In this document: in pieces, positions 16,001-31,516 of the stretch
Layout of the letters: the number at the start of each line of letters is the position of its first letter
How positions within the stretch are numbered: position 1 is the first letter of the stretch
Assembly: GCA_964016885.1 (NCBI GenBank)
Contig: OZ024741.1
Span: forward strand, 125,798,001-125,862,000
DNA from: Eledone cirrhosa
Lineage: Eukaryota
DNA length: 64,000 bases
Reading direction: 5' to 3'
Notes under the pieces: generated by a model
What the model was told of the DNA's origin: nothing
Seen by the model: the letters and a program-made list of their open reading frames with translations, nothing else
Database searches by the model: none
Program-made: the position numbers and the translations under genes

Positions 16001-19000
16001 ACACAGACACACACAGGCACACACAGACATTTACAGAAGCATACACAGACATATACAGGCATACACAGACATATACAGACATACACAAACATATACAGAG
16101 GCATACACAGACATATACAGGCATACACAGACATATACAGGCATACAGAGACATATACAGGCATACACAGACATATACAGGCATACACAGACATATACAG
16201 GCATACACAGACATATACAGGCATACACAGACATATACAGGCATACACAGACACACACAGGCACACACAGACATATACAGAGGCATAGACAGACACACAC
16301 AGGCATACACAGACATATACAGGCATACACAGACATATACAGAGGCATACACAGACATTTACAGGCATACACAGACATATACAGGCATACAGAGACATAT
16401 ACAGGCATACACAGAGATATACAGGCATACAGAGACATATACAGGCATACAGAGACATATACAGGCATACACAGACATATACAAGCATACACAGACATAT
16501 AGAGGCACACACAGACATATACAGGCACACACAGACATATACAGGCATACACAGACATATACAGGCATACAGAGACATATACAGGCATACAGAGACATAT
16601 ACAGGCATACACAGACATATACAAGCATACACAGACATATAGAGGCACACACAGACATATACAGGCACACACAGACATATACAGCCATACACAGACATAT
16701 ACAGGCATACACAGACATATACAGGCATACAGAGACATATACAGACATACACAGACATATACAGGCACACACAGACATATACAGGCATACACAGACACAC
16801 ACAGGCATACACAGACATATACAGGCATACACAGACGCACACACAGGCATACACAGACATATACAGGCACACACAGACATATACAGGCACACACAGACAT
16901 ATACAGGCATATACAGACACACACAGGTATACAGAGACATATACAGGCATACACAGACATATACAGGCATATACAGACACACACAGGCATACACAGACAT
17001 ATACAGGCATACACAGACGCACACACAGGCATACACAGACATATACAGGCACACACAGACATATACAGGCACACACAGACATATACAGGCATATACAGAC
17101 ACACACAGGTATACAGAGACATATACAGGCATACACAGACATATACAGGCATACACAGACATATACAGGCACACACAGACATATACAGGCATACACAGAC
17201 ATATACAGGCATACAGAGACATATACAGGCATACACAGATATATACAGGCATACACAGACATATACAGGCACACACAGACATATACAGGCACACACAGAC
17301 ATATACAGGCAGATGCAGACATATACAGGCATACACAGACATATACAGGCATACACAGACATATACAGGCACACACAGACATATTCTGGCATACACAGAC
17401 ATATACAGGCAGATGCAGACATATACAGGCATACACAGACATATACAGGCATACAGAGACATATACAGGCACACACAGACATATACAGGCATACACAGAC
17501 ATATACAGGCACACACAGACATATACAGGCACACACAGACATATACAGGCATGCACAGACATATACAGGCATACACAAACATATACAGGCATACACAGAC
17601 ATATACAGGCATACACAGACATATACATACATACACAGACATATACAGGCATACACAGACATATACAGGCATACACAGACATATACAGGCATACACAGAC
17701 ACACAGGCACACATATACATATACAGAGGCATACACAGACATATACAGGCATACACAGACATATACAGGCACACACAGACATATACAGACATATACAGAC
17801 ATACACAGACATATACAGGCACACAGACATATACAGGCATACACAGACATATACAGGCACACACAGACATATACAGGCACACACAGACATATACAGGCAT
17901 ACACAGACATATACAGGCACACACAGACATATACAGGCACACACAGACATATACAGGCATACACAGACATATACAGGCACACACAGACATATACAGAGGC
18001 ATACAGAGACATATACAGGCATATACAGACATATACAGGCATACACAGACATATACAGGCACAGACAGACATATACAGGCACACACAGACATATACAGAG
18101 GCATACACAGACATATACAGGCATACACAGACACACACAGGCATACACGGAAATATACAGGCATACACAGACATATACAGGCATACACAGACATATACAG
18201 GCATACACAGACACACACAGGCACACACAGACATATACAGAAGCATACACAGACATATACAGGCATACACAGACATATACAGACATACACAGACATATAC
18301 AGGCACACACAGACATAGATAGGCATACACAGACATATACAGGCACACACAGACATATACAGGCACACACAGACATATACAGGCATACACAGACATATAG
18401 AGGCACACACAGACATATACAGGCATACACAGACATATACAGGCATACACAGACATATACAGGCACACACAGACATATACAGAGGCATACAGAGACATAT
18501 ACAGGCATATACAGACATATACAGGCATACACAGACATATACAGGCACACACAGACATATACAGGCATACACAGACATATACAGAGGCATACACAGACAT
18601 ATACAGGCCTACACAGACACACACAGGCATACACGGAAATATACAGGAATACACAGACATATACAGGCATACACAGACATATACAGGCATACACAGACAT
18701 ATACAGGCATACACAGACATATACAGAGGCATACACAGACATATACAGGCATACACAGACATATACAGGCATACACAGACATATACAGGCATACACAGAC
18801 ACATACAAGCACACACAGACATATACAGGCATACACAGACATATACAGGCATACACAGACGCACACACAGGCATACACAGACATATACAGGCACACACAG
18901 ACATATACAGGCACACACAGACATATACAGGCATACACACACATATACAGGCATACAGAGACATATACAGGCATACACAGACATATACAGGCATACACAG

Positions 19001-22000
19001 ACATATACAGGCACACACAGACATATACAGGCATACACAGACATATACAGGCATACACAGACATATACAGGCATACACAGACATATACAGGCATACACAG
19101 ACATATACAGGCACATGCAGACATATACAGGCATACACAGACATATACAGGCATACAGAGACATATACAGGCACACACAGAGATATACAGGCACACACAG
19201 ACATATACTGGCATACACAGACATATACATGCACACACAGATATATACAGGCATACAGAGACATATACAGGCACACACAGACATATACAGGCATACACAG
19301 ACACACACAGGCATACACAGACATATACAGGTATACACAGACATATACAGGCATGCACAGACATATACAGGCATACACAAACATATACAGGCATACACAG
19401 ACATATACAGGCATACACAGACATATACATACATACACAGACATATACAGGCATACACAGACATATACAGGCATACACAGACATATACAGGCATACACAG
19501 ACACACAGGCACACACATACATATACAGAGGCATACACAGACATATACAGGCATACACAGACATATACAGGCACACACAGACATATACAGACATACACAG
19601 ACATATACAGGCACACAGACATATACAGGCATACACAGACATATACAGGCACACACAGACATATACAGGCACACACAGACATATACAGGCATACACAGAC
19701 ATATACAGGCACACACAGACATATACAGGCACGCACAGACATATACAGGCATACACAGACATATACAGGCACACACAGACATATACAGAGGCATACAGAG
19801 ACATATACAGGCATATACAGACATATACAGGCATACACAGACATATACAGGCACAGACAGACATATACAGGCACACACAGACATATACAGAGGCATACAC
19901 AGACATATACAGGCATACACAGACACACACAGGCATACACGGAAATATACAGGCATACACAGACATATACAGGCATACACAGACATATACAGGCATACAC
20001 AGACACACACAGGCACACACAGACATATACAGAAGCATACACAGACATATACAGGCATGCACAGACATATACAGACATACACAGACATATACAGGCATAC
20101 ACAGACATATACAGGCACACACAGACATATACAGGCACACACAGACATATACAGGCATACACAGACATATACAGGCACACACAGACATATACAGAGGCAT
20201 ACAGAGACATATACAGGCATATACAGACATATACAGACATATACAGGCATACACAGACATATACAGGCACACACAGACATATACAGGCACACACAGACAT
20301 ATACAGAAGCATACACAGACATATACAGGCCTACACAGACACACACAGGCATACACGGAAATATACAGGCATACACAGACATATACAGGCATACACAGAC
20401 ATATACAGGCATACACAGACATATACAGGCATACACAGACATATACAGAGGCATACACAGACATATACAGGCATACACAGACATATACAGAGGCATACAC
20501 AGACACACACAGGCATACACAGACATATACAGGCATACACAGACATATACAGAGGCATACACAGACATATACAGGCATACACAGACATATACAGGCATAC
20601 AGAGACATATACAGGCATACACAGACATATACAGGCATACACAGACATATACAGGCATACACAGACATATACAGGCATACACAGACACATACAAGCACAC
20701 ACAGACATATACAGGCATACACAGACATATACAGGCATACACAGACGCACACACAGGCATACACAGACATATACAGGCACACACAGACATATACAGGCAC
20801 ACACAGACATATACAGGCATACACAGACATATACAGGCATACAGAGACATATACAGGCATACACAGACATATACAGGCATACACAGACATATACAGGCAC
20901 ACACAAACATATACAGGCATACACAGATATATACAGGCATACACAGACATATACAGGCATACACAGACATATACAGGCATACACAGACATATACAGGCAC
21001 ATGCAGACATATACAGGCATACACAGACATATACAGGCATACAGAGACATATACAGGCACACACAGAGATATACAGGCACACACAGACATATACTGGCAT
21101 ACACAGACATATACATGCACACACAGATATATACAGGCATACAGAGACATATACAGGCACACACAGACATATACATACATACACAGACATATACAGGCAT
21201 ACACAGACATATACAGGCATACACAGACATATACAGGCATACACAGACACACAGGCACACACATACATATACAGAGGCATACACAGACATATACAGGCAT
21301 ACACAGACATATACAGGCACACACAGACATATACAGACATACACAGACATATACAGGCACACAGACATATACAGGCATACACAGACATATACAGGCACAC
21401 ACAGACATATACAGGCACACACAGACATATACAGGCATACACAGACATATACAGGCACACACAGACATATACAGGCACACACAGACATATACAGGCATAC
21501 ACAGACATATACAGGCACACACAGACATATACAGAGGCATACAGAGACATATACAGGCATATACAGACATATACAGGCATACACAGACATATACAGGCAC
21601 AGACAGACATATACAGGCACACACAGACATATACAGAGGCATACACAGACATATACAGGTATACACAGACACACACAGGCATACACGGAAATATACAGGC
21701 ATACACAGACATATACAGGCATACACAGACATATACAGGCATACACAGACACACACAGGCACACACAGACATTTACAGAAGCATACACAGACATATACAG
21801 GCATACACAGACATATACAGACATACACAAACATATACAGAGGCATACACAGACATATACAGGCATACACAGACATATACAGGCATACAGAGACATATAC
21901 AGGCATACACAGACATATACAGGCATACACAGACATATACAGGCATACACAGACATATACAGGCATACACAGACATATACAGGCATACACAGACACACAC

Positions 22001-24630
22001 AGGCACACACAGACATATACAGAGGCATAGACAGACACACACAGGCATACACAGACATATACAGGCATACACAGACATATACAGAGGCATACACAGACAT
22101 TTACAGGCATACACAGACATATACAGGCATACAGAGACATATACAGGCATACACAGAGATATACAGGCATACAGAGACATATACAGGCATACACAGAGAT
22201 ATACAGGCATACAGAGACATATACAGGCATACAGAGACATATACAGGCATACACAGACATATACAAGCATACACAGACATATAGAGGCACACACAGACAT
22301 ATACAGGCACACACAGACATATACAGGCATACACAGACATATACAGGCATACAGAGACATATACAGGCATACAGAGACATATACAGGCATACACAGACAT
22401 ATACAAGCATACACAGACATATAGAGGCACACACAGACATATACAGGCACACACAGACATATACAGCCATACACAGACATATACAGGCATACACAGACAT
22501 ATACAGGCATACAGAGACATATACAGACATACACAGACATATACAGGCACACACAGACATATACAGGCATACACAGACACACACAGGCATACACAGACAT
22601 ATACAGGCATACACAGACGCACACACAGGCATACACAGACATATACAGGCACACACAGACATATACAGGCACACACAGACATATACAGGCATATACAGAC
22701 ACACACAGGTATACAGAGACATATACAGGCATACACAGACATATACAGGCATATACAGACACACACAGGCATACACAGACATATACAGGCATACACAGAC
22801 GCACACACAGGCATACACAGACATATACAGGCACACACAGACATATACAGGCACACACAGACATATACAGGCATATACAGACACACACAGGTATACAGAG
22901 ACATATACAGGCATACACAGACATATACAGGCATACACAGACATATACAGGCACACACAGACATATACAGGCATACACAGACATATACAGGCATACAGAG
23001 ACATATACAGGCATACACAGATATATACAGGCATACACAGACATATACAGGCACACACAGACATATACAGGCACACACAGACATATACAGGCAGATGCAG
23101 ACATATACAGGCATACACAGACATATACAGGCATACACAGACATATACAGGCACACACAGACATATTCTGGCATACACAGACATATACAGGCAGATGCAG
23201 ACATATACAGGCATACACAGACATATACAGGCATACAGAGACATATACAGGCACACACAGGCATATACAGGCATACACAGACATATACAGGCATACACAG
23301 ACATATACAGGCATACACAGACATATACAGGCATACACAGACGCACACACAGGCATACACAGACATATACAGGCACACACAGACATATACAGGCATATAC
23401 AGACACACACAGGTATACAGAGACATATACAGGCATACACAGACATATACAGGCATATACAGACACACACAGGCATACACAGACATATACAGGCATACAC
23501 AGACGCACACACAGGCATACACAGACATATACAGGCACACACAGACATATACAGGCACACACAGACATATACAGGCATATACAGACACACACAGGTATAC
23601 AGAGACATATACAGGCATACACAGACATATACAGGCATACACAGACATATACATGCACACACAGACATATACAGGCATACACAGACATATACAGGCATAC
23701 AGAGACATATACAGGCATACACAGATAAATACAGGCATACAGAGACATATACAGGCACACACAGACATATACAGGCATACACAGACATATACAGGCAGAT
23801 GCAGACATATACAGGCATACACAGACATATACAGGCATACACAGACATATACAGGCACACACAGACATATTCAGGCATACACAGACATATACAGGCAGAT
23901 GCAGACATATACAGGCATACACAGACATATACAGGCATACAGAGACATATACAGGCACACACAGACATATACAGGCATACACAGACATATACAGGCACAC
24001 ACAGACATATACAGGCACACACAGACATATACAGGCATACAGAGACATATACAGGCACACACAGACTTATACAGGCATACACAGACACACACAGGCATAC
24101 GCAGACATATACAGGCATACACAGACATATACAGGCATGCACAGACATATACAGGCATACACAGACATATACAGGCATACACAGACATATACAGGCATAC
24201 ACAGACATATACAGGCATACACAGACATATACAGGCACACACAGGCATATACAGGCATACACAGACATATACAGGCATACACAGACATATACAGGCATAC
24301 ACAGACATATACAGGCATACACAGACGCACACACAGGCATACACAGACATATACAGGCACACACAGACATATACAGGCACACACAGACATATACAGAGGC
24401 ATACACAGACATATACAGGCATACACAGACATATACAGGCACACACAGGCATATACAGGCATACACAGACATATACAGGCATACACAGACATATACAGGC
24501 ATACACAGACATATACAAGCATACACAGACGCACACACAGGCCTACACAGACATATACAGGCACACACAGACATATACAGGCATACACAGACATATACAG
24601 GCACACACAGACATATACAGACATACACAT
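10040..24630. repeat. 20-bp minisatellite (ACAGACATATACAGGCATAC)n with kilobase higher-order repeats
   Basis: Unit is a dimer of 10-mers; rare variants recur at a fixed 2690-bp spacing (14623/17313, 13341/16031, 13669/16359). Confidence 0.98.
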
Positions 24631-24708
24631 ACATACATCTATACATAAACATACACACTGAGACACACAGACATTCACATACATACTAAGACACACACAA
24701 AAGCACAG

Positions 24709-25078
24709 ACAGTCATACACATATAAATATGTACATACACACCAACACACTCACACATTAACACAGTGACACACACACACACACACAGTCATACACATAT
24801 AGATATGTACATACACACCAACACACTCACACATTAACACCGTGACACACACACACACACACACACAGTCATACACATATAGATATGTACATACACACCA
24901 ACACACTCACACATTAACACAGTGACACACACACACACACACACACAGTCATACACATATAGATATGTACATACACACCAACACACTCACACATTAACAC
25001 AGTGACACACACACACAGTCATACACATATAGATATGTACATACACACCAACACACTCACACATTAACACAGTGACAC
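24709..25078. repeat. Five-copy tandem repeat, ~60-bp core plus a variable (CA)n spacer
   Basis: cagtcatacacatatagatatgtacatacacaccaacacactcacacattaacacagtga repeated. Confidence 0.92.
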
Positions 25079-25079
25079 C

Positions 25080-26830
25080 CCTCCTTCACACACACATGAT
25101 GATAGCACGTTTTAATCCACACAGACAGACACATACACACAGACACAAACAAAATACAGACACAGTTACACATACACTGACATGCACATACATATAAAGA
25201 AACAAATACAAACATACACAAATTATAATAGCTCATGTTTTAAATCACACACATATACACACACACACTCACATACACGCAATAAGACATGCACAAACAT
25301 ACTTGCACACACAAACGCACACCCGCATTTACATACATACACAAAACACATGCACAATACGCCACACTGACATTCACACACACACACTGACATACACACA
25401 CACACTGACATACACACACACACACACACACATACATACACACACTCTGGCATGCACACAGATACACACAAACGATAACGGCTCATGTTTAAAATCATAC
25501 AAATACTAACACACATACATACAAATTGTTATTGTTATTATATCATGACTCATACACTGTTTATTTTCCTGACATTTGTACATTATTCTATGTACTATAC
25601 ATGCACCTTTGATGAGTTGTAGTGCACCTGAGCACTGTACACAATAATTTCATTATTTCAAATAGGTGATCACACCCGCATACAGTCAGATATACAGGCA
25701 CACACATATATACACTCACAGAGACAGACACATGTACACACACACACATAATAGGTGATGTTTTACATCATATGCATACAGACACACACACACATACACA
25801 TACACACGCACGCACACACCCACTGGCACACGAAAATAGGTGATGTTTTAAATCAAACACACAGACATACACACAAACACCAAACACAGACATACACAGA
25901 CACAGGCAGAGAGAGAGGGGGTGGAGAGGGGGTGGAAGAGAGAGACACACACAACCAAAGGCACACACACAATAATAGGTGATGTCTTAAATCACACGCA
26001 CAAACAGACAGACACACACACACACACACAAGCACTCACACAGGCACACATACACATGCATAAAGAGACACAGGCACTCACACACAGAGATACAGACAAA
26101 TACAGGCAGACACAGGCACACTCACACACACAGACATACACAAACACACACACAGGCAGACACAGGCACACATACACACACAGACATACAGACAAACACA
26201 GGCAAACACAGGCAAACACAGGCAGACACACAGAGACAGACACAGGCAGACACACAGAGACAGACACACACAAACACAGGCAGACACACAGAGACAGACA
26301 CACACACAGAGGCCTACGCAGGCACACACACACACACACACATACACACAACGTCAGGTATACACAGACACACACGATAATAGGTGATGTTTTAAATCGC
26401 ACACACACAGACATACAGACAAACACAGGCAAACACAGGCAGACACACACAGACATACACACACACACACACACACAGACAGACATACAGACAAACACAG
26501 GCAGACACACACAGACAGACACACAGAGACAGACACACAAACACAGGCAGATACAGGCAGACACAGGCAGACACACACACACAGACATTCACACACACAC
26601 ACAGAGGCAGACGCAGGCACACACACACACTCACAGACATACACACAAACACAGGCAGACACACACAGACAGACACACAGAGACAGACACACAAACACAG
26701 GCAGACACACAGAGACAGACACACACAAACACAGGCAGACACAGGCAGACACACAGAGACAGACACACATAAACACAGGCTTACACAGGCAGACACACAC
26801 AGACATACACACACACAGAGGCCTACGCAG

Positions 26831-26870
<40 letters not shown>

Positions 26871-27090
26871 CGTCAGGTATACACAGACACACACGATAAT
26901 AGGTGATGTTTTAAATCGCACACACACACACAGACATACACACGACAGGCACACACATACACACACAGAAATATACACAAACACAAGCAGACAGAGACAC
27001 ACACACACATACACACACACACACATACAGACATACGCACAACGACAGGTATACACAGACACAGGATAATAGGTGATGTTTTAAAAAGCT
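25080..27090. repeat. CA-rich low-complexity array punctuated by ATAATAGGTGATGTTTTAAATC motifs
   Basis: Motif or variant at ~25100, 25225, 25473, 25748, 25833, 25971, 26376, 26895, 27065. Confidence 0.9.
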
Positions 27091-27255
27091 CCATCAAGGT
27101 GTGATATTGATACAGCTGCTTTAACGGAAAGTCAATGTGAAGGTGAAGGTGAAAGGTGAAAGGTGAAAGGTCAGATATTGAGTAACAGCCGGATGTCTAA
27201 TTCTGGCAAATGGAATTGACTAGCGATTGTAGTAAGTTACATCATCATTATCATC

Positions 27256-27286
<31 letters not shown>

Positions 27287-27399
27287 CCATCATCATCACC
27301 ATTATTATCATCATAACAACCACCATCTTTATTTGTTGTTATTTTTTTTCCAATACGATCAGAATAATATACATATGGATTAGAATTAATGTAACAAAG

Positions 27400-27835
27400 G
27401 AATAATGGTTTCTAAATTAGGCATGGGGTGGGGTGGGGTGGGGTGGGGGAAATTGATTGTATCGACTTTAGTATCAGTCTACTCCTTTATTTTATTGACC
27501 TCCCAGAAAGATCAAAGGTGAAGTTGACATTGGCGAAATTTGAACTCAGATCGTAAAGAGCGGAAACAAATACTTCAAAGAATTCTGTCTGACGCTTTAA
27601 CGGTTTTACCAATCCACTGTCCTCGAGATAATGGTTTCTGATTCAGGCACAAGGCCAACAATTTTTGCGGGAGGGGAAAGTCGATTAAATCGACCACAGT
27701 GCGTTACTGGTGTTTTGTTTTATCGACCCCGTAATGATGAAAAGCAAAGTTAACCTTGGCGGGATTTGAACTTAGAATGTAAAGATTCGAAATAAATACT
27801 GCAAAACGGTTTTTCCAAGATTCTATCGATTCAGC
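27400..27835 (-). mobile_element. Two tandem family-A SINEs
   Basis: Two reverse copies, ~27400-27622 and ~27627-27835. Confidence 0.85.
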
Positions 27836-28029
27836 CTTCAATCAGATATTTCCCATAATGCAGATTTTTTCAGAGAATCTTAGGATTGTAAAAATCTATG
27901 GAATCTAAGATGATATCTTAATTGGAAAACAGAATTTCACACTGAAACATATGTCTCTAAAATGATCTTTGGTTGATTCCTTGGGAGTTCTCGGTAGTAA
28001 AGAAGCCGAAATATTATAATCATTTTAAG

Positions 28030-28350
28030 TTAGAAAGGACTTCCGTCGATTTCGAAGACGATTGTTTCAGTTGCCCTATCAACGGAACAGCATGATTATG
28101 AAATGAACGTGCAGACATGTAATTCTCGGGGAGATTCAACGTGACACAGTGTGTGACAAGACTAGCCCTTTGAATTACAGTTACAATCTTACCATCTTAC
28201 GGGCTTCCACATAGCTTCTGTCTACCCAATTTCATTCATAAGATTTGAGTTGACTTGGGGTTATGATAAATGAAACTACACTTGCTACGCTGAGATTGAA
28301 CTCGGAGCTTAATGATTGTCAAACAAACATCTTAATTATGCAATAATGCT
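28030..28350. mobile_element. Decayed SINE fragments (3' body on plus, CORE-like copy on minus)
   Basis: atcaacggaacagc..ctcggggagattcaacgtgacacagtgtgtgacaag..ccctttgaa resembles octopus SINE bodies as recalled; reverse B-box gattgaactc. Confidence 0.55.
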
Positions 28351-28423
28351 GCGTCCATAATTTTCCGCTACATCCTTATTCGAACATAACAGGAATATTG
28401 CTGCTCTTTAGGCCACTCTACAC

Positions 28424-28786
28424 CAGGCATGGGCAACATTTTTCGAGCAATGAACCACATAGGATGTGGTTCATCATAAAGCGGGCCGCACTGCTAAAAG
28501 ATTCAAAGGAATTTTAAATTAGGTGAGCCATTCAGGAAGCAGACCTTCCAAACCTCTAAAAACCCAAATGGGGAGTACCATGAAAAAAAGTCCCTCAAAA
28601 CGGGGAGAAATGAGGCAAAATGGAGATTTTACATAATAAAAGCTATACCCATTTTCACGGGAGAAGACATCTCTCATCCACCCCAAAGTGGGTGGGAGAT
28701 CTTCCCGTCTGACGGGGAGAGTTGACAGGTCTGAGAAAGCCAAACGAGCTGCATGCGGCTCACGAGCCACAGTTTGCCCATGACTG
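28424..28786. mobile_element. hAT-type MITE
   Basis: TIRs CAGGCATGGGCAA / TTGCCCATGACTG; 8-bp TSD CTCTACAC / CTCTATAC. Confidence 0.9.
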
Positions 28787-29156
28787 CTCTATACCAAGAA
28801 AGATATAAAGAATATCGAGAATAAATGCGTACAAAGACCTAACCACTCAGCCATTCTTCAATGCACCAATTCATAAATAGCATTAGTTTGAATATCTTAT
28901 TATTAACGTCCTTTGCGTCCCTTTTATTCAATATCTTTTAAATCATTGAAGCAATATAAAATCACTACCCATCCACCGATCAACCAAACAAGTCAAAGAT
29001 AAATATCTTCACATATTTTCCGAATATTAGTTTTATAAATATTAATAGATCTCCAAACCAAAAAATTGGATGGGCAGATGTATTTAGTTTTAGTATAATA
29101 TTCACTGGTGAGGTTGCAAGACGTAGTGCATAACATTATCAAGAACTAGATTCTGT

Positions 29157-29293
<137 letters not shown>

Positions 29294-29306
29294 TCAATAT
29301 AGAAAT

Positions 29307-29355
29307 GCTTCTACAGGACTAGAACCGTTTCATCCGGGAGAAATCATCAGGAAGC
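29307..29355 (-). ncRNA. Type I hammerhead ribozyme in a fold-back pLTR remnant
   Basis: GCUUC-CUGAUGA-uuucucccggau-GAAA-CGGuucuaguCCUG-UA-GAAGC; lies in a hairpin at 29293-29403 between (TA)n tracts. Confidence 0.75.
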
Positions 29356-29497
29356 CCTGATAAAACAGTTCTAGTCCTGTAGAAGCCATTTCTATATTAA
29401 ATATTTATACTCTGCTATGTATTGAGTACTTTACTTACTGTAGTTACCCTCGATTGAACCCGGGATTAACTTATTTATATATATATACAGTATATCA

Positions 29498-29581
<84 letters not shown>

Positions 29582-30283
29582 CGAATAAGGAAAAGCGAAG
29601 TAGTTTCAGATGTTCAAGTCCTTTAATAATAATGCTGTGATATATATTTCAGTGACGACACTGGCCACACTGTTCTGTGTGCGAGTGTCGTGTCATCATC
29701 AGACAGCTTGTTACATAATAAGGTTATGTTTCCGAGGCAATCCAAATTGGATCGACAAGGGAACGGATGAATTGCGTGTTCTTGGGTTTTTCATCCGCTC
29801 CCTTGTGAGTACCAATTCACCCCCACCGGCCTGCGCAAGCGCATGTTTGAAGGAAGTTGACCATTCTCCACCGCAGACTTCAACGAAATTTGCTTAGTCA
29901 GTTCACCCTGTCAGCCAAAACAGTGGCCCACCAATGCCTGTACCATATTTTACTGCTACCCATCACGGCTGTGGCAGTCAGCCGAGAGCCAGAGGGGATG
30001 GGAGAGTGTTAGTTTTTACAGTGTTAGTTTTTCCCTTGTCGAACCAATTTGGATTGCCTCGGAAACATAACCTTATTATGTAACAAGCTGTCTAATGATG
30101 ACACGACACTCGCACACAGAACAGTGTGGCCAGTGTCGTCACTTAAATATATATCACAGCATTATTATTAAAGGACTTGAACATTTGAAACTACTTCGTT
30201 TTTCCTTATTCGATATTTACTCCGTCACTCCTATGTGGAAAAAGTAGGTTGAGTGGTTGAATTGAATTGCATCAATGTTTACC

Positions 30284-30290
<7 letters not shown>
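29582..30290. mobile_element. pLTR-like cassette with ~180-bp inverted arms in (TA)n
   Basis: 29582-29762 is the reverse complement of 30031-30212. Confidence 0.8.
29634..29707 (-). ncRNA. Type I hammerhead ribozyme with long stem II
   Basis: GCUGU-CUGAUGA-UGAC(ac)GACACU..CACAC..GUGUG..AGUGUC-GUCA-cu-GAAA-UAUAUA-UC-ACAGC; the opposite-arm copy at 30087-30160 has core mutations. Confidence 0.85.
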
Positions 30291-30312
<22 letters not shown>

Positions 30313-30317
<5 letters not shown>

Positions 30318-31289
30318 AATAATGGAGCTGAGGCGCTGCAAATGGGTTACATATGAAAAAGTTTGTCCTCATCAGTGGCCATCCAACCGTCGTAGGCATT
30401 TCGTCGCATTAAAGGCCATATACCTCAGGTTGGTGCGAGCAACGGCTAAAAAAAAGTCGTTGGGACACGTTAATAAAGGGGACGCTAGGGTAAACAAACA
30501 AAATGGTTTAAGCAGCAGAAAGAGAGGAAGAAGGAAACAAGTCCCAGATTTCTATGAATATAAATTCGGTGGAATCGTGAACGAGAGAATAAAGACCATC
30601 AAACCTGGTTGAAATGTGAGCAAGGAAGGAATTTCGCACAGGTCTAACGGGAGGAAGAAGGGGTCTGGTCTGCGAATTCGGTAAACATAAGTTCTGTGAA
30701 GTCGCAGACGAGAGAGAGAGAAAAAAAAATTCATACCGGCTTGGCGAAGAGCCCGCGAGAAGAGGATTGTGGACAGGTCAAACGGGAAGAAAGGGGAGGA
30801 GGAGAGGTAGTGACAGAAAGTGAGTGAGTGAAAGGTGAGGAAGAGGCTAACAGAGAGAGAGAGAGAGACTGCTAGAAAGGGTAAAGACACAAAGAACGAA
30901 ACAGACTGGTGGCAGCGGAGGAAAAAATATATGTGTAAATATGATAATAATGGAGCTGCGGCGCTGCAAATGGGTTACATATGAAAAAGTTTGTCCTCAT
31001 CAGTGGCCTTCCAACCGTCGTAGGCATTTCGTCGCATTAAAGGCCATATACCTCAGGTTGGTGCGAGCAACGGCTAAAAAAAGTCGTTGGGACACGTAAA
31101 TAAGGGGGACGCTAGGGTAAACAAACAAATCTGTTGCTTAAAGCATTTTGTTTGTTTACCCTAGCGTCCCCCTTATTTACGTGTCCCAACGACTTTTTTT
31201 AGCCGTTGCTCGCACCAACCTGAGGTATATGGCCTTTAATGCGACGAAATGCCTACGACGGTTGGAAGGCCACTGATGAGGACAAACTT

Positions 31290-31297
<8 letters not shown>
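30313..31297. mobile_element. Direct-direct-inverted ~190-bp repeat cassette (pLTR-like) in (TA)n
   Basis: Copies at 30313-30512 and 30941-31130 (direct) and 31138-31297 (inverted). Confidence 0.7.
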
Positions 31298-31366
<69 letters not shown>

Positions 31367-31458
31367 TATATATATATACATATATACATATATGAAGTAC
31401 GCCCTTATATATTTATGTATATATATACATATATATATATATATACATATATATATGC

Positions 31459-31511
<53 letters not shown>

Positions 31512-31516
<5 letters not shown>

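Noticed and set aside
10006-24750. Giant ORFs of 500-3463 aa (MPVYVCVCLY / HTQTYTGIHR repeats)
   Set aside because: Translation of a stop-free 20-bp minisatellite in all six frames; indel variants switch frames freely
25080-27090. CRISPR-like repeat/spacer pattern
   Set aside because: Spacers are low-complexity, mutually similar and highly variable in length; eukaryotic context; no cas genes
27110-27237. Exon between an AG and GTAAGT
   Set aside because: Stops in all three frames and contains a short GGTGAAA repeat
31213-31290. Complete type II/III hammerhead
   Set aside because: CUGAUGA and GAAA are present, but stems II and III cannot both be formed; kept only as an unresolved structured RNA
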